From: Octopus bimaculoides
Lineage: Eukaryota
Assembly (NCBI RefSeq): GCF_001194135.2
Contig: NC_068994.1
Span: forward strand, 5,837,309 to 5,870,159
DNA length: 32,851 nucleotides
Direction: 5' to 3'
Part shown: piece by piece, positions 26,698-32,851 of the stretch
How positions within the stretch are numbered: position 1 is the stretch's first letter
Layout: every line of letters begins with the position of its first letter
Notes under the pieces: model-generated
Seen by the model: only the letters and a program-made list of their open reading frames with translations
Told to the model about the DNA's origin: nothing
The model's database searches: none
Translations under genes and position numbers: made by a program

Positions 26698-26771
<74 letters not shown>

Positions 26772-29700
26772 CTCTAACATATATATGCCTACACACATAC
26801 ACATGTATATACCATTATCATCTTTATCATCTTCCATACGGGCATTGGGAACGTTTTGTGAGGAGGAGTGAAGCCAGATAACTGCATCAGGCTCCATTGT
26901 CTGCTTTGGCATAGTTTCTATGGTTAGATGCCCTTCCTAATCCCATCCACATTACTGGGGGTACTGGTGGGTAGGTTTTTTTGGGGGGGTTTTTTTCAGG
27001 GTACCATCACTGGAAAACTTCTTCAATGAAGTGGTCTTAATAGTTAAGAAAAAAATCAAAATGTAAAAAAGGAATTATGTAATGAGAATAGGCACAAGAG
27101 AAAAATAACAATTTTACTTTGCAATGAAAATCAATTAATTAGTTTTGATATTTTTTTTGTATTCTTTGAAAGGAAAATTATGATGTTATAATTTTTTTGT
27201 TTTTTTTAACCTCAGATTTGATTGCTTTTTTGAAGGGGAAACCAAAACTTTATTTTATTGGAATTGATAAGGGCTTGCAAAGTATAATAGCACCTCAGCT
27301 TATGCTCTTGTTTCTTTCCTTCTTTAACCCTTTAGTGTTTAAACCAGCTATATCCGGCCCAAATATTCTACACATTTTATGCCCAAACTGGCCAGAACCA
27401 GCCTCTCACACCTACCCTACAATGTCATTCTAAAAACAAGCAATTACATCATTCCTATCTTGAAGCGACAAAATAATAATAGATAATTTTTTTTAAATGT
27501 GAATAAATAAGAATTACACTAAAGGGTTAAACACTAAAGTTTCTTGATTATTTCTCAATCATTAAAATTTCTGCTTAATTCTTTTATAACCATATTTCAA
27601 ACGAAGGACTGTTTATATGTAATCTGAATTAGTTTAAAGAATAATCAAGAATTTTGGAGACATTTGTAAAAATAACTGACTTTTCCACACTTCTTTTTTA
27701 GCATGACATAATGAAAATTTTTTACAACAAAGTTATGATGGAAGATTTTGATTTAAATGTGCATGTTTTAAAAGAGGTGTTTCTGTATGACAAAACTAGT
27801 GATGGTCTTCTATTGGTTAGCATGAAAAAGTTTAACTCTTTGGTTCTTGACTGCTTTTTACCAATGGATCCTTTTAATTTCTGTCTTACTCTACTGCTTC
27901 TTCCCCTTGTTAAAAAAAAAATTCTGTTATATTTTTATAATTCAATATTATTAGGAATTGTATTAAAAGATTTGTTAAAATGTTTTGTGTATTGTAAAAG
28001 TATAACCAATTTATTGCTCATAAGGTTTAACAAAATTTTATAGGAACCTCAAGAGTCATTTGGGTCTCAGTTGAGAACCATGGGTTGAACTCAAATCCAG
28101 CTAACACTGTTTGTTCAGTCCTTAATCAGATGTTTTCATACTTTGCTGTTTACATATGATTAATTAAGATAATTTTCTCTTTCTAATTTTTTGTTGATGC
28201 TGTTGTTCTCCAGTCAAACATCCTGATGCAGCCAAAAACAAAGAGAAGCCTCAACCATCACAAAAACCTTCGTTCATATCTGAAATAAATAACAAATTTA
28301 AAAACATCCCCTTTCCAGGAAAGGAGTCTTCCCCAGCAATAAATCGAAAGAAAAGCTTCGGTTCTGAGCCCACAAATAAAGGTACCTAGTTATTTCTTAT
28401 ACTTTTTCACTGCTGGAAATGGTAATAGAAGTGGATCAGGTATGTACTTGGTGTTGTAGTCAGTGTTTATGTTTGTGAACTATTGAAAACACTCCATTAG
28501 AGGTATATACATATTAAGATCAATGATTTACTAGATTTTTGATAGCTTCACATGAAGTGAATTATAAACATTACCTATACTCTTTTACTTGTTTCAGTCA
28601 TTTTGACTGCGGCCATGCTGGGGCACCACCTTTTAGTCGAGCAAATCAACCCCAGGACTTATTCTTTGTAAGCCTAGTACTTATTCTATCGGTCTCTTTT
28701 GCCAAACCGCTAAGTTGCGGGGACGTAAACACACCAGCCTCGGTTGTCAAGCGAAGTTGGGGAGGACAAACACAGACACACAAACATATACACACACATT
28801 ATATATACACATATATATGACGGGCTTCTTTCAGTTTCCGTCTACCAAATCCACTTACAAGGCTTTNNNNNNNNNNNNNNNNNNNNNNNNNNNNNNNNNN
28901 NNNNNNNNNNNNNNNNNNNNNNNNNNNNNNNNNNNNNNNNNNNNNNNNNNNNNNNNNNNNNNNNNNNNNNNNNNNNNNNNNNNNNNNNNNNNNNNNNNNN
29001 NNNNNNNNNNNNNNNNNNNNNNNNNNNNNNNNNNNNNNNNNNNNNNNNNNNNNNNNNNNNNNNNNNNNNNNNNNNNNNNNNNNNNNNNNNNNNNNNNNNN
29101 NNNNNNNNNNNNNNNNNNNNNNNNNNNNNNNNNNNNNNNNNNNNNNNNNNNNNNNNNNNNNNNNNNNNNNNNNNNNNNNNNNNNNNNNNNNNNNNNNNNN
29201 NNNNNNNNNNNNNNNNNNNNNNNNNNNNNNNNNNNNNNNNNNNNNNNNNNNNNNNNNNNNNNNNNNNNNNNNNNNNNNNNNNNNNNNNNNNNNNNNNNNN
29301 NNNNNNNNNNNNNNNNNNNNNNNNNNNNNNNNNNNNNNNNNNNNNNNNNNNNNNNNNNNNNNNNNNNNNNNNNNNNNNNNNNNNNNNNNNNNNNNNNNNN
29401 NNNNNNNNNNNNNNNNNNNNNNNNNNNNNNNNNNNNNNNNNNNNNNNNNNNNNNNNNNNNNNNNNNNNNNNNNNNNNNNNNNNNNNNNNNNNNNNNNNNN
29501 NNNNNNNNNNNNNNNNNNNNNNNNNNNNNNNNNNNNNNNNNNNNNNNNNNNNNNNNNNNNNNNNNNNNNNNNNNNNNNNNNNNNNNNNNNNNNNNNNNNN
29601 NNNNNNNNNNNNNNNNNNNNNNNNNNNNNNNNNNNNNNNNNNNNNNNNNNNNNNNNNNNNNNNNNNNNNNNNNNNNNNNNNNNNNNNNNNNNNNNNNNNN

Positions 29701-30765
29701 NNNNNNNNNNNNNNNNNNNNNNNNNNNNNNNNNNNNNNNNNNNNNNNNNNNNNNNNNNNNNNNNNNNNNNNNNNNNNNNNNNNNNNNNNNNNNNNNNNNN
29801 NNNNNNNNNNNNNNNNNNNNNNNNNNNNNNNNNNNNNNNNNNNNNNNNGTAACAAAATTCAAAAAGTTTCTCTCTCTCTCTCTCTCTTTCTCTTTCCCTC
29901 TCTCTATTTCTCTCTTTTCACTTTCTCTTTGTCTTTCTCCCTCTCACTTTCTCCCTTTCTCTTTCTCTATCTTTCTCTCTGCCTCTCCTTCTCTCACTCC
30001 CTCTCTCTCTTTCTCTCCCTCTCCTTTTTCTACAACAACCAAAATGGCCCCTGCTCCTTAAATTGGCTCAGTTCAAGCTTCATCCACACAGTCTTTCCCA
30101 TATCATTTGTCTCTCCTCATTTCACCCACCTCATTGTGTCCATTCTCCTAATAAAGCCAATATATCATTAATGTACCTCAAGTTATCAGGGCTGAAAGAA
30201 CTATTGTAGTATAATGTACCTCAAGGTGCCAGCGGTAGATAGATCTAATGTATTATAATGTATTCCATGGTACCCTAATGAAGACACATCTAATGTACTA
30301 TTGTGTTCCTCAAATATCAGGTAGATTGAGCTAATGAAGTATACTGTACCTCAGAGTACCAGGGTAGGTAGAACACAAGTGTTGTAATGTACCTCGGGGT
30401 TCCTTGATGTAGGTACAGTTTCAATGATGTATGAATTCTAAATTGTTTTGTTCTTTATTGTAGGATGACACAGATGATGAAGACCCAAGAGAGGTTTATG
30501 CTGATGCTTGTGATGTCCGGGTATGTTCCAATTGAGTATTCAGGGTGTATTAAATTCTTTTATCTCTTTTACTTGTTGCAGTCATTAGACTGTGGCCATA
30601 CTGGGGCACCATCTTGAAGAATTTTTAGTCTGATGAGTCAACCCCAGTATTTCATTTTCTTTTAAATCCTGGTTTTTATCCTCTCGGCATCTTTTGCCAA
30701 ACCACTAAGATACAGAGATGTAAACATATCGACACTACTAGCTGTCAAAAACTGATGATGGACAA

Positions 30766-30797
<32 letters not shown>

Positions 30798-32738
30798 ACT
30801 TAAGCTGAGGGCAGCAAGCCTTTGGCAATTGTGCCATGGGAAAAACTCAGATCTACTCAGAAGGCTATGGTTGAAAATACTCGGCCAAAGTGCTAGTCCC
30901 ACTGAGTGACACCTTGGGCAAATGTCTTCTACTATAACCCCAGGTCAACCTGGGGTTGACCTTTGGCAATACTGCCATGGGTAAAACTCAGATCAAGGAG
31001 TGGTACGATCACTTTGAACATGGCCACACCTCTGTGGAGAGTGAGACATGCTCAGGCAGGCTGAAATGTGGGGCTGATTACTCCACAACTGGAAGAAGAC
31101 CCAACACTAGTCAATGACAGGATCATGACAACAAGACTATCATTCTACAAAAAAACACTGTGGATGTAGACTTTTAGTTGATCTAAATATTTATATCTGT
31201 TCAGTTAATTTGTTGCTGTATGTCATTCTTATAACTTGTTCAGTAAATATTTGTTGTTATGGTTGCATTTTGTTATTATCTCTTATCTTACATTCATCTT
31301 CTCCATGGATTTTGATTGAGTATGATACTTTTCTGCTTGTTTTGAAAAAAGAAAAAGGCTGTTAACATCAAAATACTCCTCAGGCGGTCTGGCAGTTGAG
31401 ATACATACATGTATACAAGATATGTATGTTTATATGTATCTGAATTTGTATGTGCATATATATATATATATATATACATGCATCTATCTATTTATCTATT
31501 TATGTTACAGTTGTTCCTGCAAAATAAACCATGGTACTTTGGAAAATTAGGCCGTAAAGCAGAGGAAAGTTTGCTGAATGAAATTAAACAGGTATGGTTT
31601 ACCTTCATATACATGTTTGTTTGTGTGTGTGTGCATGTGTGTTCTTCCTAGTTTTTATATTTTATTCTTATGTTCATTTTCTTCTATTTCATAAATGGTG
31701 TCACCTACAACATTAGATACCCTTCTGTTTCTTCTATTGGAATTATTTATCTTCTTCATACACTTATTTGATTGTTGTTTTTCCCCCTTTATATTTCTAC
31801 ATTTTTCCAGGTTTGAGCTTTGCCTATCTGACTCTGCATGTTATTTGTTTCTGTATCTTTTCTTTGCCTCATAATCTTCTCATAATCTTATGCATGGTAT
31901 CTCTCTCTATGTGTTTGTGAAAGACACTGTACCTCTTCCTCCATAGAAAAGAAAAACAGCCAATTCCATCCTGTCTAAACAGCTACATTCCGTTTCTTTG
32001 CTTCTTTATCACAGAATGGTGCCTTCTTGTTGAGAGACAGCAGCCAAGCATCATGCACTCATCCATTTACATTGACTGTTTACTCCAATAACCATTTTTA
32101 CCGACTCAAAATCCGACATCTTGAAAGTGGAAAATTTGTTGTTGGAGAGAAAAAGGATTCAGAAATTGTAAGTATATAAGGAGTTAGTTATAGGTTTACT
32201 TATAGAATTATTGATTTATAGATATTGTTTTTGTACCTAGGGTAAATGTGTTTCTTTGTTGTTGTTTAATTAATAATCTTAGTGTTAAATCCTTCCTAGA
32301 ATTAAGATTGTATGAATGTGGAGATATCTAAGGAATGTTTGTTCCCAAACAACACTTATTTTATATTTGATGGATATTTGTCCTCATCTTGTTTGTGAAA
32401 GGTACTGTTTCTCCTCCTCCATAGAAAAAAAAAACAGCCAATTCCATCCTGTCTTAGCAATTACAGCCCTTTTCTTTGCTCCACTGTCACTACTACAACC
32501 ACCATCACTACCACCACCACCATCACTACCACTATCACCATCATCACCACCACATTCTGATTCTGTGAAGTATTATTCTGTAACTCATTACACTGTCTAT
32601 TTCCAGGAATTCAACACTATTCAAGACCTGATCACCTACTATGAAACTGAACCACTGCTTCTGCTAGCAACAACCGATAACAGCAACTCTTGCACAACTC
32701 TAAAGTACATTCCAGAGAAATCTAAGACACCGAACTGA
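4765..32738 (+). CDS. Multi-exon gene for an SLP-76/BLNK/CLNK-family-like SH2 adaptor protein (5' end unresolved; exons listed separately)
   Basis: 15 exons with GT-AG boundaries and compatible phases except at two junctions. Acidic Tyr motifs and PxxPxR motifs precede a C-terminal SH2 with FLLRDS. The SH2 resembles SLP-76/BLNK from recalled sequences (DGTFLVRDSS..PYVLMVLY, PLVLID..STRLKY). Symbol left blank because orthology to a single vertebrate paralogue cannot be set by eye. Confidence 0.85.
5405..5698. mobile_element. hAT-type MITE
   Basis: Perfect 16-bp TIR caggggttttcaaact / agtttgaaaacccctg; 8-bp TSD ccgtaaac / ctgtaaac. Confidence 0.9.
5967..6005 (+). CDS. Exon, NYDTFEYDKSDGE (39 nt, phase 0-0)
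   Basis: Acceptor gttcgttttcAG, donor gag|GTAAGT; acidic Tyr motifs. Confidence 0.85.
6150..6333 (+). pseudogene. Fragment of an R4/Dong-like non-LTR retrotransposon ORF C-terminus (restriction-like endonuclease region)
   Basis: WTICNKYGLDS / frameshift / KNWYNHKPEGIVENGNAKILWDFMIQCDHEKENRKLDIVLIEKENKLCWI fits the WYeHkP..VvEn...kIlWD..IqtD...aRrPDIv motif of RLE-type elements; PD has decayed to LD. Confidence 0.8.
6665..6694 (+). CDS. Exon, MYEPLTDTVI (30 nt, phase 0-0)
   Basis: Acceptor ttaattctctgcAG, donor atc|GTAAGT; YEPL resembles the YEPP motifs of SLP-76/BLNK. Confidence 0.8.
7295..7578 (-). mobile_element. hAT-type MITE, same family as 3834-4145, opposite orientation
   Basis: Perfect 8-bp TSD gtctaacc at 7287-7294 and 7579-7586; ends caatggttctcaaa / tttgagaactactg. 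Confidence 0.85.
8441..9297. other. Probable assembly artefact: identical sequence on both sides of an N-gap (about 8441-8657 and 9081-9297)
   Basis: From aaaatatacaagaataagggcaggg to ccgcaacatcgcttg the two copies read identically. Confidence 0.75.
9292..9462 (+). mobile_element. SINE 3' part (cephalopod-type dispersed repeat); boundaries approximate
   Basis: gttggtgtgtttacatccccgtaactt...gaataagtgctggggttgat...ccagcatggctgcagtcaaataactgaaac; many reverse copies in the window (about 340-430, 4840-4990, 12885-13060, 23990-24170, 28573-28770, 30560-30760). Confidence 0.75.
9756..9806 (+). CDS. Exon, IPKKNAPPLPPARNKYK (51 nt, phase 0-0)
   Basis: Acceptor ttttttcaccattccAG, donor aaa|GTAAGT; PxxPxR class II SH3 ligand. 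Confidence 0.88.
9915..10212 (-). mobile_element. SINE or LINE-3' repeat with (GAT)n tail; boundaries approximate
   Basis: catcat tail followed by ttaacgtccgctttccatgctagcatgggttgga...ggatgcccttcctaacgccaaccac; related copies near 640-740, 1630-1830, 2980-3110, 15175-15345, 19680-19870, 22520-22720, 24350-24550, 26810-26960. Confidence 0.75.
10790..10990 (+). repeat. G-rich low-complexity tract with a canonical G-quadruplex motif at 10825-10850
   Basis: GGG t GGGG ta GGGGG t GGG tggt GGG. Confidence 0.7.
12372..12416 (+). CDS. Exon, DFKSGSLPRNNPIPQ (45 nt, phase 0-0)
   Basis: Acceptor cattggctgtttgcAG, donor cag|GTAGGT; open in phase 0. Confidence 0.7.
12885..13245 (-). mobile_element. Composite SINE: tRNA-like head, central (TA)(TG) microsatellite, conserved 3' part; boundaries approximate
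   Basis: Head remnant catgtggttgggaagcaagc..ct, then gggcttctttcaattt, (ta)n(ca)n, and gactgtggccatactgg...ccccaggact. Confidence 0.7.
13661..13708 (+). CDS. Exon, VPDCDENYEEFPCLTQ (48 nt, phase 0-0)
   Basis: Acceptor ttttttcatttctttAG, donor cag|GTAAAT; ENYEEF motif. Confidence 0.88.
14174..14221 (+). CDS. Exon, DDFMEENYECFDNDLV (48 nt, phase 0-0)
   Basis: Acceptor ttactgtttatttcAG, donor gtg|GTAAGT; ENYECF motif. Confidence 0.9.
15373..15523 (-). mobile_element. tRNA-derived SINE head copy
   Basis: Reverse strand reads gtgattgtgtggtaagaagcttgcttcccaaccacatggctccaagttcagtcctac, with A-box and B-box-like motifs; other copies near 22315-22450, 23505-23635, 24555-24712. Confidence 0.75.
15572..15646 (+). 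CDS. Exon, DNDPPLKMKPPLPDRKYGKEKPKID (75 nt, phase 0-0)
   Basis: Long T tract then cttgccAG, donor gat|GTATGT; PPLPDR SH3 ligand. Confidence 0.88.
16692..16757 (+). CDS. Exon, PRKPVFTQRKPLLNSCVERDTM (66 nt, phase 0-0)
   Basis: Acceptor tgtgtctccctttacAG, donor atg|GTATGA; open and Pro/basic like neighbouring exons. Confidence 0.75.
17469..18494. mobile_element. Non-autonomous Tc1/mariner-type element spanning an N-gap
   Basis: Left TA|cagggtgggccaaaaatcatgaa; right end reverse complement caggatgggccaaaactcatgaa (21/23); right flank TG rather than TA. Confidence 0.65.
18765..19037. repeat. Degenerate pentanucleotide (TAGTG/TATTG-like) simple repeat
   Basis: Direct reading of about 5-nt periodicity. 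Confidence 0.7.
19902..20419. repeat. Local inverted duplication of a SINE half (arms about 19902-20090 and 20215-20419)
   Basis: Arms share variants absent from other copies here (ctgtccaccaaaaaatccactcac; ggtcagcccaaaactgtagtag). Confidence 0.85.
20418..20921 (-). pseudogene. Inactive maT / DD37D-type Tc1/mariner transposase fragment
   Basis: MRKGQFLSQ...WFSSNKKNF...IMVFGVITSDG...LEEVVLPW...YVWQQDSAPCHTS...IWLPNSPDCNP. First catalytic D appears as N; third D missing. Spacing from QQD to the expected NPLD Asp is 37 residues. Confidence 0.88.
20922..21280. repeat. Compound (TATG)/(TG)/(TA) microsatellite with a ~40-bp higher-order repeat (atatgtgtgtgtatgtgtttgcatatatatatatatatgtttgtatttgc)
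   Basis: Direct reading. Confidence 0.9.
21281..21828 (+). mobile_element. Internally deleted mariner (DD34D, Hsmar1/cecropia-like) with both TIRs
   Basis: TA flanks; TIRs tccagttgagtaaaaagtaagcaacgttttga and reverse gcaggctgagtaaaaagtaatcaacgttttga. 21467-21754 encodes RPHVSLMTLQKMRELGYEVLPHPAYSPNLSPTNYHFFKHLDGFL*EKK...GINKLVTCWQKVVDCNGTYFDK*. Confidence 0.92.
22866..22940. repeat. 19-bp tandem repeat x4 (two identical gctaacctcgctttgatac, two diverged)
   Basis: Direct reading. Confidence 0.8.
25194..25313 (+). CDS. Exon, (x)SLGDNACNPSLGELLQARNKLKPTVNENRVSIPTESDPT (120 nt, phase 1-1)
   Basis: Acceptor tttatattttccAG, donor acc c|GTAAGT; joins the 28214 exon in frame (c+tc = Leu). Confidence 0.8.
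25640..26060 (-). pseudogene. Decayed RTE-clade (Rex3-like) LINE ORF2 C-terminal fragment; boundaries approximate
   Basis: Minus strand with stops and frameshifts: LEIRESLQVDS*LFSNKKSQLHLYGCVIGISEGRI.. then ILWETTTVRRLTGRS, matching EIReSLqVEPLLL..E.SQLrW.GHv.RM...R......GRP. Confidence 0.65.
27328..27526 (+). mobile_element. piggyBac-like MITE
   Basis: TTAA|ccctttagtgt ... acactaaaggg|TTAA; perfect 11-bp TIR and TTAA TSD. Confidence 0.88.
28214..28381 (+). CDS. Exon, (L)KHPDAAKNKEKPQPSQKPSFISEINNKFKNIPFPGKESSPAINRKKSFGSEPTNK (168 nt, phase 1-1; 3' boundary uncertain)
   Basis: Acceptor tgctgttgttctccAG; only one open frame. An in-frame TAG at 28387 forces a donor at or before g|GTacct (28382), which is weak. 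Confidence 0.75.
28573..28866 (-). mobile_element. Composite SINE (3' part, microsatellite, end of head part) running into an N-gap
   Basis: tttcagtcattttgactgcggccatgctggggcacc...ggggacgtaaacacacc..., (ca/ta), then gacgggcttctttcagtttccgtctaccaaatccac. Confidence 0.8.
29866..30030. repeat. CT-rich microsatellite
   Basis: Direct reading. Confidence 0.9.
30168..30420. repeat. Degenerate ~43-bp tandem repeat x6
   Basis: Core tgtacctcaa-like motif at 30172, 30215, 30259, 30304, 30345, 30388 (spacings 43, 44, 45, 41, 43). Confidence 0.75.
30464..30520 (+). CDS. Exon, DDTDDEDPREVYADACDVR (57 nt, phase 0-0)
   Basis: Acceptor ttttgttctttattgtAG, donor cgg|GTATGT; acidic Tyr motif. Confidence 0.9.
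31511..31591 (+). CDS. SH2 exon 1, LFLQNKPWYFGKLGRKAEESLLNEIKQ (81 nt, phase 0-0)
   Basis: Acceptor tttatgttacAG, donor cag|GTATGG; WYxG..R..AE..L start of an SH2 domain. Confidence 0.93.
31912..32480 (+). repeat. 91-bp direct repeat flanking SH2 exon 2 (31912-32002 and 32390-32480)
   Basis: Shared tgtttgtgaaag...ctccatagaaaa.aaaaacagccaattccatcctgtct...tttctttgct. Confidence 0.85.
32015..32167 (+). CDS. SH2 exon 2, NGAFLLRDSSQASCTHPFTLTVYSNNHFYRLKIRHLESGKFVVGEKKDSEI (153 nt, phase 0-0)
   Basis: Acceptor cttctttatcacAG, donor att|GTAAGT; GxFLxRxS signature with the betaB5 Arg. Confidence 0.96.
32497..32552. repeat. (CCA/TCA)n trinucleotide repeat, intronic
   Basis: Direct reading; gives the PPSLPPPP stretch of ORF 32316-32738. 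Confidence 0.85.
32607..32738 (+). CDS. SH2 exon 3 / last coding exon, EFNTIQDLITYYETEPLLLLATTDNSNSCTTLKYIPEKSKTPN*
   Basis: Acceptor ctgtctatttccAG; F.tI.dLI.yY alphaB helix, PLLL and LKY betaG; TGA at 32736-32738. No AATAAA before the window end. Confidence 0.95.
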   Translation, partial: EFNTIQDLITYYETEPLLLLATTDNSNSCTTLKYIPEKSKTPN

Positions 32739-32851
32739 CCTAATTGACTGGTTTTCCCTACAACACATTTGATTCATTAGCGTTATTCCACATTTGATTA
32801 CTTGATGTTATGTAATTGTGACTGGTTACAGTAATCAATATATATATATAT

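Noticed and set aside
27711-28043. 110-aa Leu/Phe/Lys-rich plus-strand ORF
   Set aside because: AT-rich composition artefact, partly over a probable decayed hAT-type MITE (agttgagaaccatg end near 28070-28082).
8503-30171. Long ORFs made mostly of X (e.g. 10021-10824, 17487-18407, 28715-30061)
   Set aside because: Read-through of N-gaps, not coding evidence.
30168-30420. CRISPR-like array
   Set aside because: Eukaryotic intron; whole units are degenerate repeats with no unique spacers and no cas genes.
31811-31850. Strong acceptor (atttctacatttttccAG) between SH2 exons 1 and 2
   Set aside because: Phase 0 gives GTT TGA at once, and the SH2 is complete without it; a decoy or poison exon at most.
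32316-32606. N-terminal part of ORF 32316-32738 with a poly-Pro stretch
   Set aside because: Intron sequence including a (CCA)n repeat; only 32607-32738 follows a proper acceptor and fits the SH2.

Overview
AT-rich, repeat-dense animal genomic DNA from a gapped draft assembly with nine N-gaps. The SINE types and (TA)n/(CA)n/(CAT)n load look like an octopod cephalopod, probably Octopus; this is inferred, not shown. The supplied ORF track is almost all microsatellite or N-gap noise. The real content is one multi-exon gene on the + strand, rebuilt by hand from GT-AG sites and phase continuity: 15 supported coding exons from 4765 to the stop at 32738, about 390 aa visible. It ends in an SH2 domain (PWYFGKLGRKAEESLLNEIKQ|NGAFLLRDSSQASCTHPFTLTVYSNNHFYRLKIRHLESGKFVVGEKKDSEI|EFNTIQDLITYYETEPLLLL...TTLKY) resembling the SLP-76/BLNK/CLNK immunoreceptor adaptor family. 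Upstream is a disordered region of eight 30-75 nt phase-0 exons, most carrying one acidic tyrosine motif (ENYDTF, MYEPL, ENYEEF, ENYECF) or proline/basic motif (PPLPPAR, PPLPDR, PRKP). Then come a WH2-like motif (SLGELLQARNKLKPT) and an acidic EVYADA motif just before the SH2. Two phase mismatches (16757 to 25194; 28381 to 30464) imply unseen exons or microexons, and the 5' end is unresolved. Introns contain SINEs, hAT- and piggyBac-type MITEs, decayed Tc1/mariner fragments (maT/DD37D and mariner/DD34D), RTE and R4-like LINE fragments, and microsatellites. No rRNA, tRNA gene or CRISPR array was seen.
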